Assembly (NCBI GenBank): GCA_000165425.1
Contig: CT868518.1
Location: 312,900 to 376,899 of the forward strand
From: Paramecium tetraurelia
Lineage: Eukaryota
DNA: 64,000 nt
Reading direction: 5' to 3'
Shown here: positions 51,600 through 64,000 of the stretch, one piece after another
Numbering within the stretch: position 1 is the first letter of the stretch
Layout of the letters: every line of letters starts with the position of its first letter
Position numbers and translations under genes: made by a program
Notes under the pieces: model-generated
Told to the model about the DNA's origin: nothing
The model's input: the letters and a program-made list of their open reading frames with translations, nothing else
Database searches by the model: none

Positions 51600-51873
51600 T
51601 TATATATATATTTATTATTTTTATGCTGCTATTTTTTAATATTTTGAGAATTCTAGATTCACAAATTTCCTTTATACTATTTATAATTTAGTATAAAAAG
51701 AAAGAGATATTAACGAAGTCTATTTCTATTAGGATTAATTATTTCAACCTTTAAATAACTGATATAAGAAGATAGTTAAATCTAACTACTTAATAATAGC
51801 TCTCCAAAAAGTAGGCATACAATTGTTAATAACATTTTTACAAAATTATGTAATAAAAGTATGAATAACAAGC

Positions 51874-53461
51874 TCAAAAATCATCTAGGGTTAAAATTGG
51901 CTTATTCTATACAAAATAATATCCTTTTAGTAATTTTTATGTGCATATTCCATTTGACATCAAATCAAGAGATTTCTTTACCTCTTATAATTGCGATGAC
52001 AATTTAGTGGGCTTTGTAACCTAATCAGTTGTACTCTCTGATTAGGAATCCTTTTTATCTAATTTCTTTACTAATGATGCATCAGTTGTCTTGATGACCC
52101 ATGTTGTCTAATCATTAGAGGAGTCTTGCTGTTAAAATATTATGAAATTTATACTCTTCTAAGAGATCTATTATTATTTTATGATTTAGTAATTGAAACT
52201 GGAGAATTGTTAGTATTTGGTGAATGGTAAGTGAATTTTTTCCTTGTATCAATAAATTAACTGCTCTATACAATATGCTAACAGGGTTGCTTGGCAATAG
52301 AATGTTATTTCTTACATAATTTTATTTAGATCTCATCTATTGTATAGAAGAGTAATATTGTATCTAAACAACTTGCTTTTCTATTTTTGCTTGCAAGTTG
52401 GATATTATTCTTTGACAGGTTTCTGCTTATTAATATAAGACAGATGAAAGTTCTTAGTTTTATAATTTCAATTGGTTTTTTTTCTAAAACTATTAATAAT
52501 TGTACTTTAGATAAACTTGATACTTTGTTTTAAAGATTATCTATCTCTAATTGTTGATTCTATATGATCTTTTCATATTGGATTAGCTTTCTCTCATCAG
52601 TTTTAAGTTATTAATTATCGATTTCTATCCATCTTTTATCATTACTCAGGCAATCTTCTATCCTTTGACTATGATTTAGTCTCGAAGTGAAGACCTCAAA
52701 TTAGTTTGAATTGAAAAAATCATGAACCTAATCTTACTAGCTTGATTTCATTGACTATAATTACTAAAATGATTCAAAACCACCTAAAATTCTATTACAA
52801 TTTAGTACGTTTAAGATCGCAAAGTTCTTTTTCTGTATTATTTAATTTCGACTCTAGAAGGTCAATCTCTTTCTATTGTGATTCAATACATTTGGTTTTA
52901 TCTAGATTTGTGAAGCTCGTAATTTTGTGTATTTCCACTATTTAGTATTTAGTTTATAATTTCTCTAATAAATTTTGGAATTCTAAAATCATTTATTCTT
53001 AGACTACAGATGATGATTTTTCAAAGTACTCTAGAAATTGTTTTTCTATCTATGATACTGCACAATCTTAGAGAGTCAACTCAAAATTTGACTTATTATT
53101 ATGATTTCCTTAAATTCATACAATGTGAATTATACCTAATTATTTGAGACATTTTAAGCTTTATTATAGATGGTGATTTTCTGACTATGCTTCTGAAAGT
53201 TGCTTTTGAAGTTTAACAATTTAATGTTTATAATCATCTTGTGAGAATGATTATTAAGATGTATTTTATTATTATTCTATTCTATATAGGAGTAAAGCAT
53301 TTTTCTTTTCCAATTCATCATTGAGCTAGATTTATTAATATGTATTTTTGATATACCTGAATTGAGTTTTTTAAGAGAAATCTGAGTTTTTCAATTGTTC
53401 TTTACTCCTCGTTACTTGCGATATTTTTATTTTTTGGTGTATTATTTGTAGACACTAACAT
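51874..53461 (-). CDS. Hypothetical coiled-coil protein
   Basis: ATG 53461, 31-nt first intron, Gln/Glu/Lys heptad-rich body, TGA 51876-51874; internal exon structure not fully traced. Confidence 0.7.
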
Positions 53462-53578
53462 TTTATTAACAAAACAATTATAAAATTATAATATATAAAT
53501 AAAATTAATGAAGTATTTTATAAGATTTGCATTAATTTTACAATTTAGATAAGAAATAATAGATAATACACAACAACA

Positions 53579-54707
53579 TCAACCTTACAGTCTCAACAAA
53601 CACTCTTGAATGAATGTTTTAGTATCCTTTATAATGTGATAGACTCTTATTAATTCATCGAATTGTCTGTTCCTATACACAGCTTCTGTATCACAAGAAT
53701 CGCATTTATATTTATAACACTTTTCACAACAGGAATGTCCACATGGAATATAAGTTCTTGGTTTTTCAAATAGATTTTAGCATCTACAACAACGAAGACT
53801 TAGTTTGAGTTCTGTTTCTAAGACTTCAATTCTCAATAAATGCTTTTGAATTTGATTTTCCTAAGCAGACTTATCAATCTAATGATTCTATTGTATTAGT
53901 TTATCCTTGAGAGACTGATTTTAAAATAGTAATTATTATAAGAGAGACTTATCTTAATGAGGGTCGACAATTTATTTTGGAGAGACCTCATTTGGTAAGG
54001 TTTATAAGGTTTTTTTGTTTAGTTCTTAGCGATCTTTCAATTGTTTTTTAATATTTTCTAACTAATTTTGAAGATTTGAAATGACATTGTGTTATTGATC
54101 AATTTGTGAATTAGCATTTTTAATTAGATTTGTTTGCTTTTTGATAATTTAATCTTGTTCCTCAAGTTGGGAAAGCAATTATTCGATAGATTATTGATTC
54201 TGTTCTTAGGAGTTCCTGTATGAAAATTAAATTTTCTATATGTTATTTACATTGATAGCATTATCCTCAGTTATTAGGAGTTCGTATTAATAAATTTATT
54301 TCAATTTAAATAGTAAATCATCATATCTGGTATCTACTTCAAATTATTTGCCCTTAATTTGAATTACCTTTTGAGTTTACTTTTACAATTCATCGATTTT
54401 CTGATCATAATTCCTTTTTGTAATTTTTTCATTGAGTTACTATAGATCTAGTTATTGCTGCAAAATAAGAATACATAGTTACTTTAAATTTTGAACACTA
54501 TGTACATGAAGGTGGAGAAGTTATCTTCATTACAAATGATTTATTTGTTTAAACATATTCTAATTGTTTTTATAAAGATTCAATTTAAGATTTTAAAGAG
54601 TAAACATCATGATGCTCACTTTTTTGCAAAAGCATCCTCTTTTATGAGATGTCAGGAGTCGTAGCAGTTGGTCTTGTTTTTTGCAGATTTCGTAAATTGG
54701 GAAGCAT
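53579..54707 (-). CDS. Coiled-coil protein with C-terminal RING finger
   Basis: LRCCRCQNLFEKPRTYIPCGHSCCEKCYKYKCDSC near the C-terminus; long coiled coil; short introns. Confidence 0.85.
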
Positions 54708-54803
54708 TTTTAATTATTTATAATTAAAAATTAATGAGATGAAACTTATTGATAAGTGATATAGGAATTAATTCAATTCAAATATAAAATATATATATAT
54801 AAT

Positions 54804-55532
54804 ATGTTTAACAAAAGGCAACTATTAAAAAACATTGTAGATCTCTATTATCAATAAGTAGAATAGATGGAGACTAACTATGATATTGATAATAAATATG
54901 CCACCAAAATATAGTCCTATTATCGAATGTATGTGTTGCATAAAGCTTACAAAAAGAATCAAAATGCAACAATCACAATCCAAAAATATTGCAGAGCCTA
55001 TCTTGCAAGATAACTAGTAAAATAGAAATTGAGTGAATGCAAAAACAGAAGAAATGTATCTACTATTCTCATATTCCATTAGATTATTTATCTCTCTAAT
55101 TAAGCACAAACAATCCAAAGGTATTTCCGAGGATATATTTATCGTAAATATGTTCATGACTTTTACCTAAGAAAAAAGTAACTGGAGTTAATGAACATCA
55201 AAAATCAAAACTTCTTACAAGAATTACGTTCAAAAGCTGAATAAGAAAAGGAGGAAGAGAAAATCAGACATGAATAAGCTGCTAAATAAGAGTTCATGAA
55301 ACTGGCTACTAATTTACATCATTTAACGTCAACCAAGTCTCAACCTGGAATCTTTAAGCCACCATTTGCAAAGGAAAATCCAAAGGCCTTTGATATTGAA
55401 GTTGAAACTTAATTAAAAATTGCATTTCAAACTAATGTTCAATGGAAAACCCAAAAAAGAAGTGGAAGTGCCCAAAGAGCAGTCACCAGTCAAGGATTCA
55501 GAATCAGACCTCAATCGTAGAAGCTCAAATGA
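54804..55532 (+). CDS. SPATA17: IQ-motif ciliary protein, SPATA17-like
   Basis: Three IQ motifs (ATKIQSYYRMY, TITIQKYCRAY, AQTIQRYFRGY), RKYVHDFYLRK and LHHLTSTKSQPGIFKPP; one intron. Confidence 0.8.
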
Positions 55533-55562
55533 TTTCATATAATTTTATTGTTTTACTGTAAT

Positions 55563-56297
55563 TCAAAACACATATAACACTATTAGATTGATTAGAAACA
55601 AAGGCAAGAATAGGATACTGAGGTAGTAATAGAATAAATTGCCTTGTCCAATACATCTTCCTAAAAAGTTGCTATGATGATGGAACTCTCTTATGCATAC
55701 ATTACAAATCTCGCAATGATAAGTGTCTTTTCGATATTGAACTATTTCACAAATCTGGAATAATAGATAACTGAATACCTGACAATTGTTGTGTTTATTG
55801 AGAGTCTCTTGAAGGGATGTATTTATTCCAGGATTCATAACAGCTGCAATCACATACCCTAGAAGTTCTAAGACATTGATTATGATCGTAATGCAATATT
55901 ATATAGTTTTTTGTTTTGGCTTTGTAAATTAGAAATACGTAATCACCAACAATGCAACTATAACAAATAGATTTATTATCCATTATGGACTAATTGCAAA
56001 TATAGGTTCGTCATTGATGAAAATTAAAGGAGTGTAGTTTCCAAAATGTCTTTTCCACTCTTTTGCTTTGGTCAATTTCTATCTTGTATCATCGTCTGAA
56101 TCATGATCAAAATACGATTCCTCCTCTTTCATCTTATTGATTTTCATTTCTATTTATGAAATCTCGGAATCATCCAATTCTTTCTCGATTGGTTTCTTTG
56201 AATCTTCTATGTTGTATTTGATATCTTCTTCATCAAATTAAACATTCATATCATCATCATCATCATCATCTTACTTTTCAAAATACTCAAAATCCAT
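55563..56297 (-). CDS. DHHC-CRD palmitoyltransferase homologue with degenerate HHHS motif
   Basis: Acidic N-terminus, two TM, MNPG, CQIC (after 24-nt intron 55755-55778), TYHCEICNVCIREFHHHSNFLGRCIGQGN, one further TM then TGA. Confidence 0.85.
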
Positions 56298-57643
56298 AAA
56301 GTAATTATTTTACTAAATGAGATCGAAAAAATATAATTAAGTTTATTTTTCATTTTATTAATAATCTTAACTACTTAAAGGAAGGCAAGATAACATAACT
56401 TATTGGATATGAATAAAAGATAGTCAAATTTCAGGATAGATCAAAATGTTAGAAGTCATCCATTAATATGAATGACCTATAAATGAAATAATCTAAAATA
56501 ATTAAAATTAATTTAATACTCTCTGAATTAAGAATTTCTTAAATTTGACAATAAGATGCTCTTGAGGAGAATGCTTGGATAACAATTATTGATCAAACTA
56601 ACCCTATTTAATAGAATTTAATAAAATAATTAAAAATAATAATCAAGTCATAATTATAATTCGAGAAAGAGACAAAAATACTCATTTCTTAGATTTTATA
56701 TGATCGTGCTAAAAAGTATTAACATGATTGGAATAATATTTATTTGACTATTGAGAAGTTAAATATATTTTTAGAAGCAATAAGCTTTATGATGAAAAAT
56801 GCTTTAATTTATTACAAAAATTAGCTAATTAATTATGATAATCAAAATAATTCAATAATTAGACAAAAATAAAGATATGAAGAAATAAAATTATAATATT
56901 AAAATAAAAAACCAAGTACAACTATATAATTGAGAAAATAAATTATATATAACTATTAATGAATGAATACGGCATTTTGAAATTGATTATTAGACAATTA
57001 GAACTTTTATCTACCAGATTCTGGTTCTTCCAAAATCAATATTTATAATGAATGCTTTTAATTCAGGGATTTAAAATTAATTGAAAATATTAATTGGTTA
57101 ATGATTTACGAAGTATTAGAGAGATAATTAGACTAGATTATGTAATGAAGGATAGAGAATTTAACTTAAATTTAGACTTCATTTAAAGAATATACCAATA
57201 AGGAAAGTGATCAGTAATTAATATATTATTTAAAAAATAAAGTACAAAAAGAATCAAGTAAATTGGATAATTTGTATAGTGTTTCAAGTAAGTTGATAAT
57301 TAAAATTATTTTGGTCAGCAGGAATTGGAATTGGTGAGAAATATCTAAAAATAAGAAAGTGATAGAAGAACAAATGTAAAAAGGGAGAATATAAAAAATA
57401 AATCTAATATACCTGCATTATCCCTTGATTGACAATGTATATATTATGTTTAAGTAAATCTATTTATTTGTTGATTAAGTAATACTTCACATAAGTGCGT
57501 AATTTTTTTATTATTTTAAGTTCAAATATTAAAATTATTATGCAGATTATAAAATTTTATTGTTTCTTTCAAGTAATTTAATTAAAAGTAGTTCAAATCT
57601 TAAATAAGCATTTGATTGTCCAATAATAATAATTAATTAAAAG

Positions 57644-58182
57644 ATGTCTTGGAGGAAACCGAAAGTAATTCATTAAGAAAGTGGATGTGGGTATGAAATA
57701 AGAGGATTCACTGAACCAACATTCAAAAGAGTTCCTCATTGTCACAATGATGATGACATTGATGTAGACATTCCAAATGGGGACCTTGAATTTGGTAGGA
57801 AAATGTATGGATAAGCATGTGCTGGTTGTCATGATTTAGGTACTCATTCATGTATATTTTTTGAAAAGACAGCGATCTTGATTAAGGACCAGCTTTGAGA
57901 AATGCCTTTTTAAGAAGACTAGGATCAAATAAGAAATTTTCTAATTATGGATGGGATTTAAGAGCAAGAAGATTGTATTGGACTAGGAAGCTATTGTGGG
58001 ATTTCTTGTAAAATCCTGAGAAAATGTTTTTAGATACTAACATGCAATTCGATGGAGTACATCACCAATTATTATATTTTTAGATTCAAGACCCTAGAAC
58101 TTTAGGTAGCATAATTGACTACATGCAATATTTAACAGTGTATACTCATGATCACCGAGGATCAAAAAGACCCATCTTTTGA
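57644..58182 (+). CDS. Divergent class-I cytochrome c with N-terminal extension (~160 aa)
   Basis: IPNGDLEFGRKMYGQACAGCH (57818-57832), GPALRNAF, WTRKLLWDFLQNPEKMFLDTNMQFDGI, IIDYM; two short introns. Confidence 0.88.
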
Positions 58183-58430
58183 ACCACAATCAATATATAT
58201 ATATATGCATAACATTAAAATTTTAATATATCTTTTATATATATAAAACAGGCAATATTTTATTCCCAAACAAACAATTAAAATTAATTATTATACAGTG
58301 TTATCCAATCAAATTTAAGGTTTCTTTAATCTCATTTTCATAAAAATCATTAATAGAAATTTTGGTATATATTAATATATTTATAAAATGATAATTTTCT
58401 ATTTAATATGCATCCCAAATCATTAATTAC

Positions 58431-59070
58431 TCATTGTATAAACATTTAATTGAATTTGAATAATGGAATTCTAATTGGAGAAGGTAATTAGTATGTTTAT
58501 TAACTTGCAATAATTTCTGATTAAGGAGCTTGAGTTGAATTTGAAGAACCTACTACTCCTAATTTTTTAAGTTCTTTAGTATAATCATTTAACTCACTTT
58601 ATTACTTTATTAAATCTTAAGTAAACTAATATATTTTTAAATTGATTTCTTACACTATCTAAATTATGATAATCTTCTGTAAGGTTTGCTATAAATTGAA
58701 GACAAATTACATATTTTATCATTGTATTATATGTATCAATTAAGTAAAGAATGTTCCCCTTTACCTTTTCGATATTAATCGAACGATTATCACGAATTAT
58801 TTAGTCTGAATCAACTGTTCCATTTTAATTTACTCGAACTTAAATAATTGGAATCTGAATAAATTCTAATTCAACTTACGGGCTTGTTGTAAAAACAATA
58901 CTAATATTTTCTTTCTTCATAACTTATTAAATCATATTTTAATCAACATTCCTTCTAGATTCCTCCTAATTCTTATTATTGATATGAAACTCTTCTAATA
59001 TCACAGCTGAAATATAAGAATTTATTTTCATTTTATAAACATTCCTATTCATTCCTATATTTTAATCCAT
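58431..59070 (-). CDS. Hypothetical protein or decaying gene
   Basis: 3' exons read cleanly (IPIIQVRVNQNG...PSPIRIPLFKFNQMFIQ, TGA 58433-58431) with two GT-AG introns, but the 5' part has a TGA I could not resolve by splicing. Confidence 0.4.
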
Positions 59071-59145
59071 TTTCCCTTTTGAAAATTTATGAAATATTTA
59101 AGTTTAAAAAATTATTATAAAATGAATCTGTATAAATCTCTACAT

Positions 59146-60018
59146 TCATTTAAAACATTTGATTGTATACTTTTGATAAAACGATTAAAACTAAATTGGC
59201 GGAGCTAGTTCCTTTATTGTCTCTTCTTATTCTTGTAGTTCTAATTATTAATCATCTTTAATTAATTTATCATTGCCAATTTTAACCTAAGATTTTTATA
59301 TGTCATTAATTATGGTATTTGTAATAGTCTAACTAGAAAGCTTATCTGTAGGCCCAATTATTTGTGAATCTAGAGAAATGGTAGGGAATATGGGTTGGTT
59401 GAACTAAGATCCAACTAAAAATGGTGGATTCAAATCAATTGCTTCTGAGTTTTGTGGTTTATCTGTATGGATAATCTCACTTTAAACAAATTAATTATCG
59501 AACTTCAACTTTTCAGTATTTAAAAATATGCTCCCTAATGTGTCAGGGCTATTCTTTATCAAGTTTTGTAAGACTTCCTGTTCTGTTTTCTGAAAGGTCT
59601 AGTAAAAGGTCTAAAATCGAGAATCATCATACTTATTCGTAAAGCCAAGACTAATTTTTCTTCTCTTACAGAATCATATATGAAGCAAAGAAAAGAAGAG
59701 TTTCGTTTTTTCCTTCAGAAATTAGTAATGCGATATTCTTTTTAGCTTCGTAGATTTCTTTCTTAATGATAGTTAAATCAATTATACAAATAAAATTTCG
59801 CATTTGTCCTCCAAACTTTTCGAGGCTAAAGATTTAGTGATATTTTCTAAGTTCAGGAGCTATTCTTGGTTTTCTAAGAGAAATATTGTTTAAATTCGTT
59901 TTTCCTCTATTAAATTTTAAACTTCAATATTTAAATCCCCTTTAATCGAGATGACATAAAGAATCATTTAGTCAATGCTATGTGAAAATGTTTCTTAATG
60001 TACAATAATTTCAATCAT
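59146..60018 (-). CDS. Hypothetical protein, N-terminus possibly a highly degenerate DSP fold
   Basis: Open in code 6 after two introns; KNIALLISEGKNETLLFFASYMI loosely parallels KVLVHCxxGxSRSxxxVIAYLM but without Cys or Arg. Confidence 0.65.
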
Positions 60019-60341
60019 TATAATATTTTAATTATGATTATTAAATAGATATGATTAATTATAATTGGGTTTACCTTTGATTAAACCCTGTATATTTGAT
60101 GATTAAAATTAAGCAGTTTGACTCCTGTATTTCTTTAAATTTTAAAAGTCATTCAATATGTTTCAAATTCAAATGAGCAAGAAGGAATTTATTTCTATTT
60201 GCTTTACCCTCACATGTGTGCTAATGTAGATTGTAAGATGGGGACACAATAAGTTCCTTATAAAAAATATTGATGTGCATCAAATAAATAAAACTTCTTT
60301 GAACTCTTTTATTCATCATTATTATTAATATTAGAAATAAA

Positions 60342-62696
60342 ATGAAAAACGATGAAAAACTTTATTAGAACATTCAGAAAAGATTGGAAGGCAGGCTAGA
60401 TTTCACCAACAAAAATGATGATATAAGAAATTTGTTAATTGAATGCAATAAAATTTAGGATGTACTTTTAGTTTAAAATATAAGAATGAATAAGGCTATA
60501 AAAGCATAAATCTGATATTTTAAGCAATCCAAAAATCAGGACAGAAAGTTTAGCTTTCTGATTCGGATCAAATTCAAATAGTTAAATCCTGCAAATCCTT
60601 AGCAATCCTCGGTTTCCTTTACAATTAGGATTAAATCAAATTATAAAATAAAGAGAAGGAATTCAGAGAAAATATCAGATATCAGATTGATGAACTTCAA
60701 ATACAAGGCAGTTTAGAAAAAGCCTTCTTATTTGATGTTGCAATCAAGTGCGACAACAAAGAATAGTTTATAGAAATTAGCACAATAATTAAACTAATAG
60801 TGAATGTCCTAATATATTTTGGATCTGATTCGTTTCATTTCACTTAAATCTTTGATGTCATCATCAACGCTTTGTTACTTACAGGAAATAACACAACCAT
60901 CGGAAAAGATCATCAGCTATTATCAATTTTAGACTAATTGCAAAAATTACTTGAAGAGACAACCTCACCTTATTTGTGGACCATAATATTGGAGTCTATA
61001 TTGAATGCCTCTAGACACACGGATAAACCCACAGATTTTGTGCAACCTAATCTGATAGCAAGAATCATATTGTCCAAAGTATATAAGTTTATAAATTAGA
61101 TTCCATTTATTAATGATCTCTTTAATTATTTTGGTAAATACTTGGGGAGATGTTATAAATTTGAATATAAGATGTTCCAATCTATGCTATATTTTGGTGT
61201 AACAGAATCAACACTTGATATGATATTACGATTCAGCAAATATTTTGTCAAAAATTATCAAACAGAAATATTAATAGAAATGAGAAAGAATCTTATACCA
61301 AAACTCATAAAGTATATGAAAGCTACTAATTATTTTGATTAAATCTAGGAGTTGTTTAATTACTTCTTAATTTCATCCTAGTAATAATAGTTAAGTGATC
61401 AACAACTAGATCTATAGCATTTCGACGAAATAATAACAAATTATGATGATAATTTTGATTTTTACAGTGAAAAACAACTACACAGAATTGCCAACTTTCT
61501 TACATTAATACCTCAAGGTATCAATAAAACAGGGTTAAAAAATTATGGAACTTTAGAAACAAAATTAAGAGCCAAACATATGTTCAATCAGTAAATATCA
61601 AGATCTATGATTGAGAAAACAGAGTAAATTTAATATTGGTTTAATGAAGAAATTCAACAAGCTGAAAAAAGTCAGCCAACCTAGAAATTAGTTGGTTTGA
61701 GAAATCTATTAAATAGTATGAATTTGCAAATATTCATTTAGCCTGCTATTTGAACAGCTTTATCTAAGCACTCTTTTGGAGTTTGGATTTTAGAGATCTT
61801 ATAATGAATAAGTTCAAAAGAGAAGAAATTGAATTTTTAAAACCCTTTAGTTTAAAAACCAGTTTCCTAAGAGTAATATTTTCAGAAATATCTTTAAGTG
61901 CTTCCTATTCATGGATTCAATGACTGAGGAAATTGATTACACTCCATTATTGTTAAAAAGAGCCTTGAGAGAACCCTACAAAACAGACATCAGATAACAG
62001 GATGCTGCTGAATTTGGAGTTCATTTGTTTGAAGATATGGAAAATAATTTTGATCCAACAGAATATGTAAAGATCGATTTAATTAGTTTTTAGTCATAGA
62101 TAAAGGAGATCTTTTATGGTGTGTCAAAATCTGTATTCCAATGTAAGAATTGTGAGAAGCAAACCAAAGGTCCCAATGAAGAATTTATGTACATCACTTT
62201 GAACTTTGAAAACGATAGAAATGTGTAGGAGGATATAGAAAAAATGATCTGGAGGCATTAAGTGAATGAATAGATTACATTTAAATGTGATTAATGCAAA
62301 AATACTAGTTAGAGTACAAGGACTCTAGAATTTTCAAAATTGCCTAAGAATTTAATCATTTTAATTAATAGATTTGAATTTGAATAAGGAAATCGATATA
62401 AGATAAACGATTCAATCAACATTAAACCTATTATATAGATAAAAGAGAATCAAAAGTCTTTAAATTATGAATTATATTCGATTATTATCCATTTTGGACA
62501 AACCCCAGATATGGGACATTATACTGTTTATTGTAAGGTGAAAGAAGATTGGCATAGATTTGATGATAGTATCGTAAGTAAAATTGATAGAGATTTTACT
62601 AAAGTTCAAAGGAATTTCAAGTAAAAATATAATTAATATCCATTTAGAAAAGAAGAAACTCCGTATTTGTTATTCTATCGAAGAAAAAACGGATGA
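60342..62696 (+). CDS. Ubiquitin-specific protease (C19) with long helical N-terminus (USP35/38-like architecture)
   Basis: Cys box VGLRNLLNTCYLNSFIQAL, QQDAAEF, CKNC and CDQC, LPKNLIILINRF, His box YELYSIIIHFGQTPDMGHYTVY, WHRFDDS, TPYLLFY. Confidence 0.93.
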
Positions 62697-62855
62697 AATG
62701 ATTTATAAACTTTTTATTTTCAAATGAGTTCTACACTTTTTCATCTATTATGTTTTTGTTTATCTTAATGTCATTTTTATATACTTCATTCAATTAAATT
62801 TGAGTTTTAGAGGAGTGAAGGAAGAATTGATATTGATTTTAGTAATAAAAAATAT

Positions 62856-64000
62856 TCAAAGCTGGGATTCAAGCTTGAGACCTTTCATTAAAATAGTCAT
62901 TTGATCTTATTTTAAGGCTGAGTTTTCAAGCTCAGCTTTGGATTATTCAGGATTATATTCAACTATAAAATTGTCCATTAACTATATAAACTCTATATTT
63001 TACGTATTTATCATAGAATTCTCCATACCAAATTGTTCTTAGATCACCTTATCTGATTGCCCAAAGACATGTAAACAATATGATCAAGGGGTACACAAAT
63101 ATTGATTGAGGAAGTTAGATTTAACTATTTTAAGTGGTTAATGTTCCTACTAGCCAACACATTATTCCCAAAAAGAGGCCAAGCAATCCAATTATAAAGT
63201 ATACTCTAGAATTCCTGTTTCTATCAAATCTATACAAATAAGATATGGATATCCCTGGGACCACTAGATCCATCAATGATAGCCAAACACAGACTTTATT
63301 TAAATTGTATCTAAATTATGGAATCTGAAAAAGCACTGGATAATTAGAGTACTATGTCAATAATAAACTATTATTACTTGCAAGACTATAATTTCATAAT
63401 TGACATGGAATAGTTTAGTCAAAAACACGAAATAATAGATGCAATCAAATAATATGATGCCAACATACAAATAAGCGACTCCTCTTAAATTGATGACCTT
63501 AAATAATCTAAACAGGGATCCAGATATGCAAAATGTAATTATATTTGATATGTACCAAGCTTGATTCAGTATCAAATAAAGGACTACAAAAAAAAAGGAT
63601 AAAAACGCCGAGATGCAATCGCATCTCCTTATTGATTTAAACACTTCAGCTTACAATTTTAAATTTACTGATAAAAAGCATTGGAGTTCATTAAATAGAA
63701 ACCAACAACAAAATAAAGCAAATATTAAACACATTATCAGCACTGTTTCATACCAAGCATTTATATAATGGACAACAACATAAAACATTACGGATGCCAC
63801 AATATAAAAAAGGTACAATATCAAATTCACTATGAACCCCTAGAAGTAGAGCACTTGGCCTTCCAATTAGAAAGCCTATATTGCAATTAATCTATTTAAA
63901 AAAGGATGTTTCTATAGATCCATTTCTATTTTTAACGATCTAATTTTGGCCATCTTTGTTAAGAACCAGACGCAAATACATCCAAAAACAATAATTATTG
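62856..64000 (-). CDS. Signal peptide peptidase-like (A22B) membrane protein with degenerate motifs; 5' end outside the window
   Basis: WYISNIITFCI, LYVGIILFDCIYYF, YPVLFQIP, WLSLMDLVVPGISISYLYRFD, QLPQSIFVYP, QGDLRTIWYG; TGA 62858-62856. Confidence 0.85.

Noticed and set aside
56300..57640. 1.3-kb stretch without a gene
   Set aside because: Looks like decayed coding sequence but I could not recover a consistent frame or motif.
61520..61560. Second Cys-box-like GLKNYG upstream of the USP Cys box
   Set aside because: Only 5-6 residues, no Cys follows; could be chance.
1..64000. Most short ORFs in the supplied track and apparent nonsense codons in conserved genes
   Set aside because: Computed with the standard code; TAA/TAG are Gln here, and many listed ORFs are antisense or off-frame shadows of real genes (e.g. 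11230-11900, 15107-15430, 41458-42119).
1..64000. rRNA, tRNA, telomeric arrays, CRISPR or prokaryotic operons
   Set aside because: None recognisable; only isolated GGGTTT-type hexamers, and the gene structure is clearly ciliate nuclear.

Overview
Gene-dense, very AT-rich eukaryotic DNA that reads as the macronuclear genome of a Paramecium (aurelia-type; species is an inference). TAA/TAG encode Gln and only TGA stops (e.g. TAA at the invariant KRQG of histone H4), and introns are tiny GT-AG (about 19-32 nt), so the supplied standard-code ORF track is fragmentary; genes below were re-read by hand with code 6. The first ~11 kb (two N gaps) looks like a scaffold end full of decaying sequence: a DD32E IS630/Tc1/mariner transposase relic, WD40 pseudogenes, a Cys-rich surface-type pseudogene and an intact TPR gene built one repeat per exon. 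From ~11 kb on there are ~35 tightly packed genes: two 3R-Myb, TMEM181-like, stomatin, a ~2300-aa P4-ATPase/guanylyl cyclase, histone H4, PTB-like RRM, DUF922-like Zn peptidase, NIF phosphatase, MOK kinase, VP39-like cap 2'-O-methyltransferase, acid lipase, mitochondrial carrier, aspartic protease, SPATA17-like, divergent cytochrome c, USP, SPP-like and others. Most striking: head-to-head gene pairs with only 12 and 33 nt between start codons, a concentration of intact genes with dead catalytic sites (pseudo-enzymes), three conserved genes each broken by a single +1 frameshift, and virus/bacteria-type enzymes. Family calls come from motif recognition, not database searches; exon boundaries and some starts are best estimates.
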